Origin: Pseudomonadota bacterium
GTDB lineage: Bacteria; Bdellovibrionota; Bdellovibrionia; Bdellovibrionales; SG-bin7
Assembly: GCA_034439715.1 (NCBI GenBank)
Contig: JAWXAY010000085.1
Location: 1 to 29,677 of the forward strand
Direction: 5' to 3'
DNA length: 29,677 nt
A program made the position numbers and the translations under genes. A model generated the notes under the pieces. It worked only from the letters and a program-made list of their open reading frames with translations. It was not told the DNA's origin and did not search any database. Shown piece after piece: positions 1 to 10,227 of the stretch; within the stretch, counting starts at the first letter, position 1, and the number at the start of each line of letters is the position of its first letter.

Positions 1-21
1 ACTAATAAAAATACATCAGGC

Positions 22-49
22 TAAAAGACTAGCAGCATGATGCCGATAG
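22..49 (+). promoter_or_regulatory. Candidate sigma-28 (FliA/SigD-type) promoter upstream of the S8 protease
   Basis: TAAA (22-25)-N16-GCCGATAG (42-49), versus consensus TAAA-N15/16-GCCGATAA. Same spacing as the motif upstream of lon. Confidence 0.45.
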
Positions 50-144
50 AGGACAGAATCGCTGAAAAGTTAAAAGGACAGTATTCCTGGAGAACTACAA
101 TCTCGACTAACCGATATCCCTGTTAATGGCGACATACATATGAC

Positions 145-1329
145 ATGGATGTTAAACAGTGGCTATTCGGGGTTAGTTTAGTTTTTTATCTGGTTGGCTG
201 TGGTCCGACAGAATCACGAACTCGTTTTGAATTTCATGAGTCTTCCGCTCAATGCCAATCACAGGTGGTAAAAAATCAATACCTCGTGCAAAAATACACG
301 GGCGAAATTTCTGTTGAAAGATCACTTGAGGGCCTAACCGGCGTGCTCCAAGCAGAGCCCAATTATCGCATCACCATTGACAACAATGTTTTGCCTTCGG
401 CCGTTACCGAAAACGGTTTGTGGGGAATTGAAAATGTCGAAGCAGAATCTCTGTGGAACCAAAATATTTTTGGCTCTGACGTTTTGGTTGCCGTCATAGA
501 CTCTGGTGTTGAATTAAATCACGACCAAATTAGATCTCGCATTGCTGTTAACGATAAAGAGTTCAAGGGAGCGTTAGGTATTGATGACGACGGCAACGGA
601 AAAATAGATGACGCTTATGGCTGGAACTTCGCCTCAAATCAAGCCGATGTAAACGACTTGATGGGACATGGCACTCATGTTGCCGGGATAATTCTGGCTG
701 AACACACGGACGACGAGTTTTTTCCTAAAGGACTTGCGCCGCGAGCAAAACTTATTCCTATTAGTTTTATTGACAGATCAGGCGGCGGTTACATTAGCGA
801 CGCGATTTTTTCTCTTGATTATGCGAAAAGCCGCGGCGCAAAGGTCGTTAACGCCAGTTGGGGCGGCGCTGCGTGTTCGGTATTTTTGAGAGAAAAGATT
901 CAAGCCCTTGCCTCCGCCGGAATTTTATTTGTTTCCGCCGCTGGAAACGACGGCGTCAACGTGGATAAATTTCTGCAATTTCCAGCTTCGTTTAACTTAG
1001 AAAATCAAATTACGGTTGGTTCGATAGACTCGAACAATGCCATGTCGAAATTCTCTAATTTTGGTTCCTTAAATGTGCATTTAATGGCGCCTGGGGCCGA
1101 CATCTTAAGCACTTATTTAGGTAGCTCAAATTCGGTTATGAGCGGAACCAGCATGTCTACTCCATTTGTTGTCGGGGCCGCAGCATTACTTTGGAGCGCA
1201 AGGCCTACCGCCAGCTACCTACAAATTAAGCAGGCGCTGCTTTCCTCAGTGACTAAGGTTCAATATCCCGTTAGCTCACGAGGTAGACTTAATCTTCCAC
1301 AAGCTCTCTCGTACTTAATGACTCACTAA
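145..1329 (+). CDS. Subtilisin-like S8 serine protease, predicted lipoprotein
   Basis: Catalytic motifs VAVIDSG (Asp), GHGTHVAG (His), AAGND (oxyanion Asn) and SGTSMSTP (Ser); DDDGNGKIDD Ca-binding loop; signal peptide with lipobox LVGC. Confidence 0.93.
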   Translation: MDVKQWLFGVSLVFYLVGCGPTESRTRFEFHESSAQCQSQVVKNQYLVQKYTGEISVERSLEGLTGVLQAEPNYRITIDNNVLPSAVTENGLWGIENVEAESLWNQNIFGSDVLVAVIDSGVELNHDQIRSRIAVNDKEFKGALGIDDDGNGKIDDAYGWNFASNQADVNDLMGHGTHVAGIILAEHTDDEFFPKGLAPRAKLIPISFIDRSGGGYISDAIFSLDYAKSRGAKVVNASWGGAACSVFLREKIQALASAGILFVSAAGNDGVNVDKFLQFPASFNLENQITVGSIDSNNAMSKFSNFGSLNVHLMAPGADILSTYLGSSNSVMSGTSMSTPFVVGAAALLWSARPTASYLQIKQALLSSVTKVQYPVSSRGRLNLPQALSYLMTH

Positions 1330-1367
1330 TTGATTTTAGATTAGGTGCATGGTAACTATTTTTCTTC

Positions 1368-2657
1368 ATGCGTTACTATATAGAAGACCTCAAAAAATAC
1401 GTGGGCCAAACTGTTGAATTAAAAGGCTGGGCCTATAATGTTCGTTCTTCAGGAAAAATTAAGTTTTTGCTTTTACGGGACGGGACGGGACTTTGCCAAT
1501 GTGTTTATTTTAATGGCGAATGTGAAGAGTCGGCATTTAATACTTTTGAGCAGATCACCCAAGAAACCAGTGTAAAAGTGACCGGTACCGTTCGCGAAGA
1601 AAAACGCAGTCCGGGTGGGTACGAACTCACTGCAAAGAATTTTGAAATTATAGGCAAGTCTGTAGATTACCCAATAACCCCTAAAGAACATGGACCTGAC
1701 TTTTTAATGAACAATAGGCACCTCTGGCTTCGCTCAAAACGTCAACATGCCGTAATGCGAGTTCGAGCTGAAATTATTCGTGCCATCAGAGATTTTTTTG
1801 ATGGTCGAGGGTTTACTTTAACCGATGCGCCGATTTTTACGCCCAATGCCTGCGAGGGCACGTCTACACTTTTTGAAACTAAATATTTTGATGAGAAGGC
1901 CTTTCTCTCTCAAAGTGGTCAGCTTTATATGGAAGCTACCGCCGCCGCCTTTGGCAAGGCCTATTGTTTTGGCCCTACTTTTCGCGCTGAGAAATCAAAA
2001 ACGCGTCGTCACCTTATTGAGTTCTGGATGGTAGAGCCCGAAGTTGCGTTCAATGACCTTTATGACAACATGGAGCTTGCCGAGCAATTCGTTGAATATA
2101 TAGTTCAACGAACCCTTACCAACAAAAAAGAAGAGCTTATTACGCTTGAAAGAAACACCGAGCAGTTGCAAAAAATCAAGGGACCCTTTCCCCGAGTTCA
2201 CTATAAAGAAGCTGCTCAAATCATAAAAAAAGAAAATCCTGAATTTATTATTGGCGATGATTTCGGTGCACCTGATGAGGCCATTATAAGTTCCAAATTT
2301 GAAAAACCAGTATTTGTGCACCACTTTCCCACCGCCATTAAAGCCTTTTACATGAAAGAGGACCCTGAAGATCCTACTTTTAGTATGAGCTGTGATTTGA
2401 TTGCCACAGAGGGATTTGGTGAAGTTATTGGCGGCGGGCAGCGCGAAGAAAATATCGAAAAACTTCGTACAAAAATTCAAGAACATAAACTGAGCGAAGA
2501 ACACTTTCAGTGGTATCTAGATTTACGAAAATTTGGCAGCTTTCCGCATGCGGGATTTGGCTTGGGACTAGAGAGGACTGTTTCTTGGATCTGCGGCCTA
2601 GGTCACATTCGCGAAACGATTCCTTTCCCGCGCATGTATGGACGAAGCTATCCCTGA
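1368..2657 (+). CDS. asnS: Asparagine--tRNA ligase
   Basis: N-terminal OB fold (LKGW...FLLLRDGTG), LSQSGQLY, motif 2 [24 protein letters not shown], motif 3 [10 protein letters not shown]. Confidence 0.95.
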   Translation: MRYYIEDLKKYVGQTVELKGWAYNVRSSGKIKFLLLRDGTGLCQCVYFNGECEESAFNTFEQITQETSVKVTGTVREEKRSPGGYELTAKNFEIIGKSVDYPITPKEHGPDFLMNNRHLWLRSKRQHAVMRVRAEIIRAIRDFFDGRGFTLTDAPIFTPNACEGTSTLFETKYFDEKAFLSQSGQLYMEATAAAFGKAYCFGPTFRAEKSKTRRHLIEFWMVEPEVAFNDLYDNMELAEQFVEYIVQRTLTNKKEELITLERNTEQLQKIKGPFPRVHYKEAAQIIKKENPEFIIGDDFGAPDEAIISSKFEKPVFVHHFPTAIKAFYMKEDPEDPTFSMSCDLIATEGFGEVIGGGQREENIEKLRTKIQEHKLSEEHFQWYLDLRKFGSFPHAGFGLGLERTVSWICGLGHIRETIPFPRMYGRSYP

Positions 2658-2673
2658 AACCCAAAGGAGCATA

Positions 2674-4245
2674 ATGAACGAACAGATAGCGCCCCCCTCA
2701 ACCGCTGATAAGTTAAAAATCCTCGAACTAAAAAATGCTGAGGCCCTTCGTGGCGCAGGCCTTGATAAAATTAAAAAACATAAGACGGCTGGCCGGCTCA
2801 CTGCCCGAGAACGCGTCGAAATATTAGTCGACCCCGGAAGCTTTGTTGAACTTGATCGCCTAGTGACCCATCGCTCAACCAATTTTGGAATGGATAAAAA
2901 GAAATTTCTCGGCGATGGTGTCGTTACTGGCTTTGGTACTATCAACGGCAAGGCCGTATATTTATACAGCCAAGATTTTTCGGTTTTTGGCGGCAGCATG
3001 TCTCGAACTCAGGCCAATAAAATTATTAAAATCATGGACCTTGCAGTTAAGAATGGAATTCCAATTATCGGACTTAATGACTCTGGTGGAGCCAGAATTC
3101 AAGAGGGTGTAGAGTCACTCGGCGGCTACGCCGATATCTTCTTAAGAAACGTCACAAGTTCAGGTGTAGTGCCACAGATAAGCGCTATTATGGGCCCGTG
3201 TGCTGGAGGCGCCGTTTATAGTCCCAGTATTACGGATTTTATTTTTATGGTTAAAAACACCAGTTACATGTTTGTGACCGGACCCGATGTTGTTAAAACT
3301 GTGACTCAAGAAGAAGTTTCTATGGAAGAACTAGGGGGCGCAAGCACTCATAGTCAAAAATCGGGCGTCTGTCATTTTTTAGCAGAAGATGACAAACACT
3401 GTTTGCTCCTTATACGAGAATTACTTAACTTTTTACCTCCAAACAATGTGGACGACCCACCTATATTGCCTACCAAAGATAAATCTAATCGTGTCGACGT
3501 GGAACTTAACTCTATCATTCCGGACAGCCCAAAAAAACCATATGACATGATAAATCTCATAAAAATAGTAGTCGACGAAGGCTATTTCTTGGAAGTCCAC
3601 CAGCATTGGGCAAAAAATATTATTGTGGGCTTTGCGAGGTTTAATGGTCGCTCGGTGGGTGTGGTTGCCAATCAGCCCCAGGTTTTGGCGGGCTGTTTAA
3701 ATATTCAGGCTAGCATTAAGGCGGCACGTTTTATTCGTTTTTGTGATGCTTTTAATATTCCAATCGTTACCTTTGTTGATGTTCCCGGGTTCTTACCTGG
3801 CACCGATCAAGAGTGGAATGGCATCATCACTCACGGTGCCAAACTTCTTTACGCCTACGCCGAAGCAACGGTACCCAAAATCACAATTATTACCAGAAAA
3901 GCTTATGGCGGCGCCTACGATGTGATGAGCTCAAAACATCTGCGCGGAGACATCAACTTTGCATATCCCACCGCCGAGATCGCCGTAATGGGCGCTGGGG
4001 GTGCCGTTAATATTATTTTTAGAAGCGAAATCGCAGGTGCAAAAAATACAGAGACGGAAAGGGCCAACCTAACACGGGCTTATGAAGAACAATTTAATAA
4101 TCCCTATATCGCGGCTGAACTTGGTTATATTGATGAAGTCATTGAGCCCGCGATGACCCGCTCACGAATAATTCAGTCCCTTGAAATGTTAAAAAATAAA
4201 AAAGATTCCAATCCACCGAAAAAACACGGGAACATACCACTATAG
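2674..4245 (+). CDS. pccB: Acyl-CoA (probably propionyl-CoA) carboxylase, carboxyltransferase beta subunit
   Basis: [43 protein letters not shown]-terminal KKHGNIPL. Start moved to ATG 2674, which follows an AAGGAG Shine-Dalgarno. Confidence 0.9.
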   Translation: MNEQIAPPSTADKLKILELKNAEALRGAGLDKIKKHKTAGRLTARERVEILVDPGSFVELDRLVTHRSTNFGMDKKKFLGDGVVTGFGTINGKAVYLYSQDFSVFGGSMSRTQANKIIKIMDLAVKNGIPIIGLNDSGGARIQEGVESLGGYADIFLRNVTSSGVVPQISAIMGPCAGGAVYSPSITDFIFMVKNTSYMFVTGPDVVKTVTQEEVSMEELGGASTHSQKSGVCHFLAEDDKHCLLLIRELLNFLPPNNVDDPPILPTKDKSNRVDVELNSIIPDSPKKPYDMINLIKIVVDEGYFLEVHQHWAKNIIVGFARFNGRSVGVVANQPQVLAGCLNIQASIKAARFIRFCDAFNIPIVTFVDVPGFLPGTDQEWNGIITHGAKLLYAYAEATVPKITIITRKAYGGAYDVMSSKHLRGDINFAYPTAEIAVMGAGGAVNIIFRSEIAGAKNTETERANLTRAYEEQFNNPYIAAELGYIDEVIEPAMTRSRIIQSLEMLKNKKDSNPPKKHGNIPL

Positions 4246-4255
4246 GACGATATTG

Positions 4256-5749
4256 ATGTTTAAAAAAATACTGGTCGCAAATCGTGGTGAAATTGCTCTT
4301 CGCGTAATTCGCGCTTGTCGTGAGTTAGGTATTGGTTCGGTGGCCGTTTACAGTGACGCCGATCGAAATAGTTTACATGTAGCACTGGCTGATGAAGCCT
4401 ACCATATTGGCCCGACACCAAGTAAAGAGTCCTATTTAAATATCGCAAAAATAATCGATGTCTGCAAAAAAGCGGGAGCAGAGGCCGTACACCCGGGCTA
4501 TGGTTTTTTGAGTGAAAATGAAGATTTTGCTCGCGCCTTAAAAAAAGAAAATCTGGTTTTTATTGGTCCTACTCCTGAAAACATAGAAGCTATGGGTGAT
4601 AAATTAAATGCCCGTAAAATTATGCAAGAGGCCGGCGTTCCGATAGTTCCAGGTAGCCCCGGACCGGTAACAACAGAGGAAGAGGCCACAAAGGTCGCAC
4701 AAAAAATTGGCCTGCCAGTTATAATAAAAGCCTCGTCGGGTGGTGGCGGCAAAGGCATGCGAATTGTTCACAAAATCGAAGATCTTCCTAGCGCCTTAAG
4801 GGCCGCTAAGTCTGAAGGCCTCAATTTTTTTAAAGATGATACTGTTTACATTGAACGCTATATTGGCAACCCCAAACATATCGAAATTCAAATTTTTGGG
4901 GATAGCCAGGGCAATGTTGTGCACCTTTACGAGCGAGAATGTTCAATTCAAAGACGTCACCAAAAAGTAATCGAAGAGTCTCCCAGTCCCTCTTTGCCGC
5001 CGGAGATTCGTGAAAAAATGGGTGAAATTTCAGTAAGAGCCGCAAAGGCCATAGGTTATATTGGTGCTGGAACTTTTGAGTTTATTTTTGACAACAAAAC
5101 TAAAGATTTTTTCTTTATGGAGATGAACACGCGTCTTCAAGTGGAACACCCGATTACAGAGATGGTGACCGGCATAGATCTCGTGCGAGAACAAATATTC
5201 GTAGCACTTGGCCGCCCATTGAGTTTTAAACAGAGCGAGATTAAACAAACGGGGCATTCGATAGAGTGTCGAATTTGCGCTGAAGACCCGGTGACTTTTA
5301 TACCAAGCCCAGGAACCATTCGGCGCTGTCGCAATCCCCAGGGTCCCTTTATTAGAGTGGACGGCTATGCGTATCCCGGCAGTACCGTTCCTATGGAATA
5401 TGATCCCATGATCGCAAAGGTTATTGTTTGGGGCGACAATCGCGAAGTTTGTATCCAAAGAATGAAACGCGCCCTCTTAGAAACTAACATGACTGGAATT
5501 AAAACCAATATTGTGTTGTTGAGAACCATTCTCCAACACCCGACCTTTATTGACGGACACTACACAACTCAATTCGTCGAAAAAGAAATATCTGTTAACC
5601 CAGATATATTTAGATTTGTTCTAGATGAGTCGTTTTTAATTGCTGCGGCCATAACGGCCTACAATGATCGCAAGTCAAAAGACACCAGTCGTCTAAAAAT
5701 TACGACTCGCTGGAAAGACATGGCTCGATTAAAAGGCCTGAGGAACTAG
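4256..5749 (+). CDS. accC: Biotin carboxylase subunit (AccC/PccA-type, no fused biotin carrier)
   Basis: ANRGEIA, HPGYGFLSEN, GGGGKGMR, ERECSIQRRHQK, EMNTRLQVEH. ATG at 4256 (TTG at 4253 is an alternative start). Confidence 0.92.
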   Translation: MFKKILVANRGEIALRVIRACRELGIGSVAVYSDADRNSLHVALADEAYHIGPTPSKESYLNIAKIIDVCKKAGAEAVHPGYGFLSENEDFARALKKENLVFIGPTPENIEAMGDKLNARKIMQEAGVPIVPGSPGPVTTEEEATKVAQKIGLPVIIKASSGGGGKGMRIVHKIEDLPSALRAAKSEGLNFFKDDTVYIERYIGNPKHIEIQIFGDSQGNVVHLYERECSIQRRHQKVIEESPSPSLPPEIREKMGEISVRAAKAIGYIGAGTFEFIFDNKTKDFFFMEMNTRLQVEHPITEMVTGIDLVREQIFVALGRPLSFKQSEIKQTGHSIECRICAEDPVTFIPSPGTIRRCRNPQGPFIRVDGYAYPGSTVPMEYDPMIAKVIVWGDNREVCIQRMKRALLETNMTGIKTNIVLLRTILQHPTFIDGHYTTQFVEKEISVNPDIFRFVLDESFLIAAAITAYNDRKSKDTSRLKITTRWKDMARLKGLRN

Positions 5750-5752
5750 CGA

Positions 5753-6283
5753 ATGTACTTTCAAGCTGAACAAAAAGGAATTAAGTGGGAAATCAATGTC
5801 AATGAGACCAGAACTCATTGGTCCATAAGCCTCAAGCCCGAAACCAAAGATTGGTCGCACTACGAGATGCCAAAGTCTAGTTTTCTAGAGTTAGACAATG
5901 CCATCAGTTTTATTCATAACAACTCATCTTATGTTTTTGATGTCGTAGGCTCTGGCACTGACTACACTGTTTATGCCCGCGGCTCCTATCGTGTGATTAA
6001 GATTTTTAACGACGAAATGCTTTTGCACGAAAGCTTAAAGCAAGACGGTGGCCTTGTCGGCAGCGACAAGCTTTCTGCTGGAATGCCCGGAAAGATCACT
6101 AAAGTTTTTGCAGAAGAGGGCAAAGAAGTAAAAAAAGATCAGCCACTTTTAATCATGGAGGCGATGAAGATGGAAAATGAGATTCGTTCTCCTAAAGCCG
6201 CGCTGATAAAAAAAGTTTTTGTTAAAGAGGGCGATGTAGTAGAGTCTGGGGCCGCCCTAATTTCATTTGAAAAATCAAAGTGA
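5753..6283 (+). CDS. Biotin carboxyl carrier protein with N-terminal extension
   Basis: EAMKMEN biotinylation motif preceded by AGMPGKI; starts 3 nt after the biotin carboxylase stop. Confidence 0.92.
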   Translation: MYFQAEQKGIKWEINVNETRTHWSISLKPETKDWSHYEMPKSSFLELDNAISFIHNNSSYVFDVVGSGTDYTVYARGSYRVIKIFNDEMLLHESLKQDGGLVGSDKLSAGMPGKITKVFAEEGKEVKKDQPLLIMEAMKMENEIRSPKAALIKKVFVKEGDVVESGAALISFEKSK

Positions 6284-7872
6284 GAAAATCAAAATTTGAA
6301 ACTCAAAGCCAAATCGGCGTCAAAGACCTCTATTCTGCCAGCGACATTGCTGAACTTAATTTAGAAACTGAGCTTTCAGCTCCCGGAAAGTTTCCATTTA
6401 CACGGGGAGTGCAAGAAACGATGTATCGTGGGCGCCTCTGGACCATGAGACAGTACGCGGGCTTTGGCTCCGCCAAAGAAAGCAACGAGCGCTATAAAAT
6501 TTTATTAAATAAAGGGCAGACTGGTCTTAGCGTCGCCTTCGACCTACCTACGCAAATGGGTTACGACTCCGACCACGTTATGTCTACAGGAGAAGTGGGC
6601 AAAGTAGGCGTGGCTATTAGTTCAATTGAAGACATGGAGCTTTTGTTAAAAGGTCTTCCCTTAGAAAAGATTTCAACCTCTATGACCATAAATTCCACGG
6701 CCGGAATATTGTTGGCACTTTATATTGCCGTCGCCAAAAAGCGAGGAATTGCTTTAGATAAAATTAATGGAACCGTACAAAATGATTTGCTTAAGGAATA
6801 CATAGCTCGCGGGACGTATATATATCCTCCGGGCCCAAGCCTTCGTATCATCACTGACATCATCGACTATTGTCGTAAGCACGTTCCCCAGTGGAATACT
6901 ATTAGCATTTCTGGTTATCATATTCGTGAGGCGGGTAGCACAGCAGTTCAAGAAGTTGCGTTTACTTTGGCCAATGGCATCACTTATGTACAAGCGGCGC
7001 TTGATCGCGGCCTAGATATTGATTCTTTCGCTCCGCGGCTGAGTTTTTTCTTTAATGTTCATAATGGTTTTTTTGAAGAAATCGCCAAGTTTCGCGCAGC
7101 GAGAAGACTTTGGGCTAAAATCATGTTTGAGCGCTTTCATCCAAAGGATGATCGATCTATGATGTTACGATTTCACACGCAGACAGCTGGCTGCTCGCTC
7201 ACGGCGCAACAGCCTGAGAATAACATTGTTCGAGTTACTACTCAGGCCCTCGCCGCAGTCTTGGGAGGCACACAAAGTCTTCATACTAATTCGATGGATG
7301 AGGCGCTGGGGCTCCCTACAGAAAAAGCGGCTGGGATCGCTCTTCGAACGCAACAAATTATCGCTTTTGAGTCTGGCGTAGCGGACGTTGTCGACCCTCT
7401 GGCTGGTTCGTACTATGTTGAGTCTTTAACCAGTGACATCGAAAAACGTGCTTTGGAGTATATTCAAAAAATTGAATCGCTTGGAGGAGTTGTCAAGTGC
7501 ATTGAAACGGGCTGGATTCAAAAAGAAATTCAAAACTCTTCCTACAAATATCAGCTGCAGGTCGAAAAAAAGGACGAGATCATTGTGGGCGTAAATGAAT
7601 TTGTCGATAACAATGTGACACCCAATAAGTCGGTTTTCAAGTTGAGCCAAAAGGTAGGCAAAGAGCAAATTTCTCGGCTTAAAAAATTTAAAAAATCTCG
7701 CAATCAAAAAGTTATTGACGGGCACTTGGCCAGAATTAAGTCGGCGGCAGATACCAACGAAAATCTCATTCCCCTTTTTATTGATGCCGTCAGCGCCAAG
7801 GTTACTTTGGGTGAAATTTCTGACACCTTACGATCTGTATTCGGAGCCTATCGCGAAACGGTGACAATTTGA
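6280..7872 (+). CDS. Methylmalonyl-CoA mutase family, large (substrate-binding) subunit without B12-binding domain
   Basis: [63 protein letters not shown]; no DxHxxG cobalamin motif. GTG start overlaps the upstream TGA. Confidence 0.92.
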   Translation: MRKSKFETQSQIGVKDLYSASDIAELNLETELSAPGKFPFTRGVQETMYRGRLWTMRQYAGFGSAKESNERYKILLNKGQTGLSVAFDLPTQMGYDSDHVMSTGEVGKVGVAISSIEDMELLLKGLPLEKISTSMTINSTAGILLALYIAVAKKRGIALDKINGTVQNDLLKEYIARGTYIYPPGPSLRIITDIIDYCRKHVPQWNTISISGYHIREAGSTAVQEVAFTLANGITYVQAALDRGLDIDSFAPRLSFFFNVHNGFFEEIAKFRAARRLWAKIMFERFHPKDDRSMMLRFHTQTAGCSLTAQQPENNIVRVTTQALAAVLGGTQSLHTNSMDEALGLPTEKAAGIALRTQQIIAFESGVADVVDPLAGSYYVESLTSDIEKRALEYIQKIESLGGVVKCIETGWIQKEIQNSSYKYQLQVEKKDEIIVGVNEFVDNNVTPNKSVFKLSQKVGKEQISRLKKFKKSRNQKVIDGHLARIKSAADTNENLIPLFIDAVSAKVTLGEISDTLRSVFGAYRETVTI

Positions 7873-8357
7873 GACTTCGCGAGCTTCAATACAGCCAATT
7901 TAATCGCGAGCCCGCCGCACTATTATCACGATTTATAGCGATGATATTGGATTTCGTTGTTCTTGCTAGCCTTTTGTTTTTTTCTAGCTTTATGCTCTAT
8001 TTTATTTTCTCTCGGTACGGCGCGCGACAGGAATATTTCTATGGCATTCTCGGGTTTATAAGATTCAATATAATATTTATTGGTGTGCCCGCACTGTTGA
8101 TCGCCTATGTCTACTATGGAGCCTTTTACTCCAGCTTTGGAGCTACTCCTGGAAAAATGTTTATGGGACTAAGAGTGGTTGACTTTTACTCGGGTGAAAA
8201 CTTGGGGTTAATTCAAATATTATTTCGTGAGTTTTTTGGAAAGTGGCTTTCAGCTGCTATTTTATTTTTTGGATACTTTTTGTCGGTTATGCGTAAAGAT
8301 GGCCGAGCATTACACGACTTTTTTTCTTCTTCTCAGGTTATTTCCGACTGGGACTGA
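7869..8357 (+). CDS. RDD family membrane protein
   Basis: [22 protein letters not shown] and RALHD motifs with hydrophobic helices; TTG start overlaps the mutase stop. Confidence 0.85.
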   Translation: MRLRELQYSQFNREPAALLSRFIAMILDFVVLASLLFFSSFMLYFIFSRYGARQEYFYGILGFIRFNIIFIGVPALLIAYVYYGAFYSSFGATPGKMFMGLRVVDFYSGENLGLIQILFREFFGKWLSAAILFFGYFLSVMRKDGRALHDFFSSSQVISDWD

Positions 8358-9094
8358 TCGCCAAATATTCCGACCGTGAAAATTGAAACTTCGTAAAGAA
8401 ACATCATCGGAATCAACAACATGAACATACTTAACACATCCGGAGGCGTTACTACAGCCGCCACGACTGCCAAAACCACAATCGCATAGCGGCGCTTTTC
8501 TTTTAGAAATTTTTTATCAATGATTCCCATAATTCCAAGGAGAGTTAAAACGAGGGGCATCTCGAACATCAGCCCAAAAATTAACATGGTCGTTGTAAAA
8601 AAAGAAAGGTACTCGCTAATGGTGATCATGGCCTTATCTTCTTTGCCTCCAAAATTCAGCAAGAAATCAAACGCCATAGGCAACACTAAAAAATAAACAA
8701 AACACAGTCCTACCATAAAGAGAAAGGTTCCAAAAAAAATAAACCATAGACCATATTTTTTTTCATTCTCTTTTAACCCGGGTTCAATAAACTTCCAAAC
8801 TTGATACAACCAAAGTGGGCAGGTTAAAACAATGCCTGCCGTAATAGATACCTGAACATAAGAAACAAATTTGTCGACAGGGTTTAAAAACACAAATCCG
8901 CCTGACGGCAAGAATGCGGCTATTGGTCGTCTGATATAGCGAAACAGAATCTCGCTGTAATAGTAACTTATACCCGCGCCCACCAGAACAACTATGGCGC
9001 AATTAACGACTCGATCGCGGAGTTCGGTCAGATGGTGAGTGAGGTTTTCGGTTGGCGAAGCTGGCTCACTTGTTGGAAGCTCGATGTGGTCCAC
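8333..9094 (-). CDS. tatC: Twin-arginine translocase subunit TatC
   Basis: HLTELRDR, YQVWKFIEPGLKENEKK, FEMP, RRYAIV, VTPPD, LYEVSI; multiple TM segments. Confidence 0.96.
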   Translation of the reverse strand: MDHIELPTSEPASPTENLTHHLTELRDRVVNCAIVVLVGAGISYYYSEILFRYIRRPIAAFLPSGGFVFLNPVDKFVSYVQVSITAGIVLTCPLWLYQVWKFIEPGLKENEKKYGLWFIFFGTFLFMVGLCFVYFLVLPMAFDFLLNFGGKEDKAMITISEYLSFFTTTMLIFGLMFEMPLVLTLLGIMGIIDKKFLKEKRRYAIVVLAVVAAVVTPPDVLSMFMLLIPMMFLYEVSIFTVGIFGDQSQSEIT

Positions 9095-9099
9095 GTCGT

Positions 9100-9387
9100 T
9101 TATTCTTTCTTCAAAAAGTCGTCTGGTTTTGTCATTTCTGCAATTTTTTCTTTTTCTTCTTCAAGTTTTTTAGCGGCACTTAAAAGGTCAGTGGTAAAAT
9201 CTCGGGCCCAAGTGTCGGCCTCTTTTTTTTGCTCAAAAAAATCTTTGGAGACATCTCCCATAGAGCGCTTTAATTGATTTATCATTCGGGCTAGCGAGCG
9301 CGCTACCTCAGGAAGTTGTTTGGGACCAATAAACACCAGCGCTAGAATTGCAATGACAAGTATCTCTGAAAACCCCATGTTGAACAT
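9100..9387 (-). CDS. tatB: TatA/TatB family subunit (TatB-like)
   Basis: MFNMGFSEILVIAILALVFIGPKQLPEVAR: TM helix, G-P hinge, amphipathic helix; 5 nt upstream of tatC. Confidence 0.85.
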   Translation of the reverse strand: MFNMGFSEILVIAILALVFIGPKQLPEVARSLARMINQLKRSMGDVSKDFFEQKKEADTWARDFTTDLLSAAKKLEEEKEKIAEMTKPDDFLKKE

Positions 9388-9427
9388 ATCGTCGATGCTA
9401 CCTTTTCTCGTTGTCTTTCTCTATACT

Positions 9428-10045
9428 TTATTGCTTGGAAAACTTATGTGTTGCGTCTGGAAGGGCAAGCCCCTTCTCTAGTATTTGGTCTCTCGCAAGT
9501 TCTGAGCCTGTGCGCATATACTTTTCGTAGAGACGCAAGATGCTTTGATTTGAGCCATCGCTTGTCTTTCCGCTAATGTAGCCCAGTACATCGACAAACA
9601 TGACAAATTTCTCTGAGATTTCTTTAAACACTTTTGAACTTGGATTTTCATTCACATAGCCTGAGAGTGCCGCATAGGCGGTGCCTCCCATGTTAACGTA
9701 ATAGTCGAGATCAACCAACTTTCGTTGCAATGAATCCCCAAAGAAGCCGCTGATATATAGTGAGGTTTCACCTAGTTTTTTTAAGATTTCGACTTTATGT
9801 GCGCCGTCGGCGCCGGATGCTCTCAAATATAATTCTGCCAGCGTTCCTTGAGTTCTTTTTGTGCCCTCGCTTTTTTCGTCAAATAAATTGTCAGCAACAA
9901 TATACTTCTCTAAGAGTTTAGCCAAATAAGTGTTTACGGCCGGATAAGTATTAATGTTTCTTTGCGAAATGGCCTCGTTAACCCTTTCCAAAAAGAACAC
10001 CGATGGATTCAGACTAATCTCTAGTAGTTCTTGTTTATCTGACAT
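9428..10045 (-). CDS. Conserved hypothetical protein
   Basis: 205 aa ORF co-oriented with tatBC. The segment LGETSLYISGFFGDSLQRKLVDLDYYVNMGGTAY resembles a widespread uncharacterised proteobacterial family (recognised from memory). Confidence 0.7.
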   Translation of the reverse strand: MSDKQELLEISLNPSVFFLERVNEAISQRNINTYPAVNTYLAKLLEKYIVADNLFDEKSEGTKRTQGTLAELYLRASGADGAHKVEILKKLGETSLYISGFFGDSLQRKLVDLDYYVNMGGTAYAALSGYVNENPSSKVFKEISEKFVMFVDVLGYISGKTSDGSNQSILRLYEKYMRTGSELARDQILEKGLALPDATHKFSKQ

Positions 10046-10227
10046 TATCCCTCTGTCTAACTAACGGCATAATCTATGACTTATTTTAACAGTTTCCGTG
10101 GCCCTTGTAAAAGAGACCCCGATCAAAAGTCTAGGAATTAGATTTGAGGTTTGTTTTTCTCGTTTTGAGACGGCAATCAATAAAAAAAATTTGAATAACC
10201 ATAACAATTGATTCATCAAGGGCGCAG

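Noticed and set aside
6266..6307. Short direct repeat AAAATCAAA at the carrier/mutase junction
   Set aside because: Low-complexity A-rich coding sequence (KSK twice); too short to call a target-site duplication.
8333..8357. 25-nt convergent overlap of RDD and tatC
   Set aside because: Short 3' overlaps are common in compact genomes and both proteins look complete.
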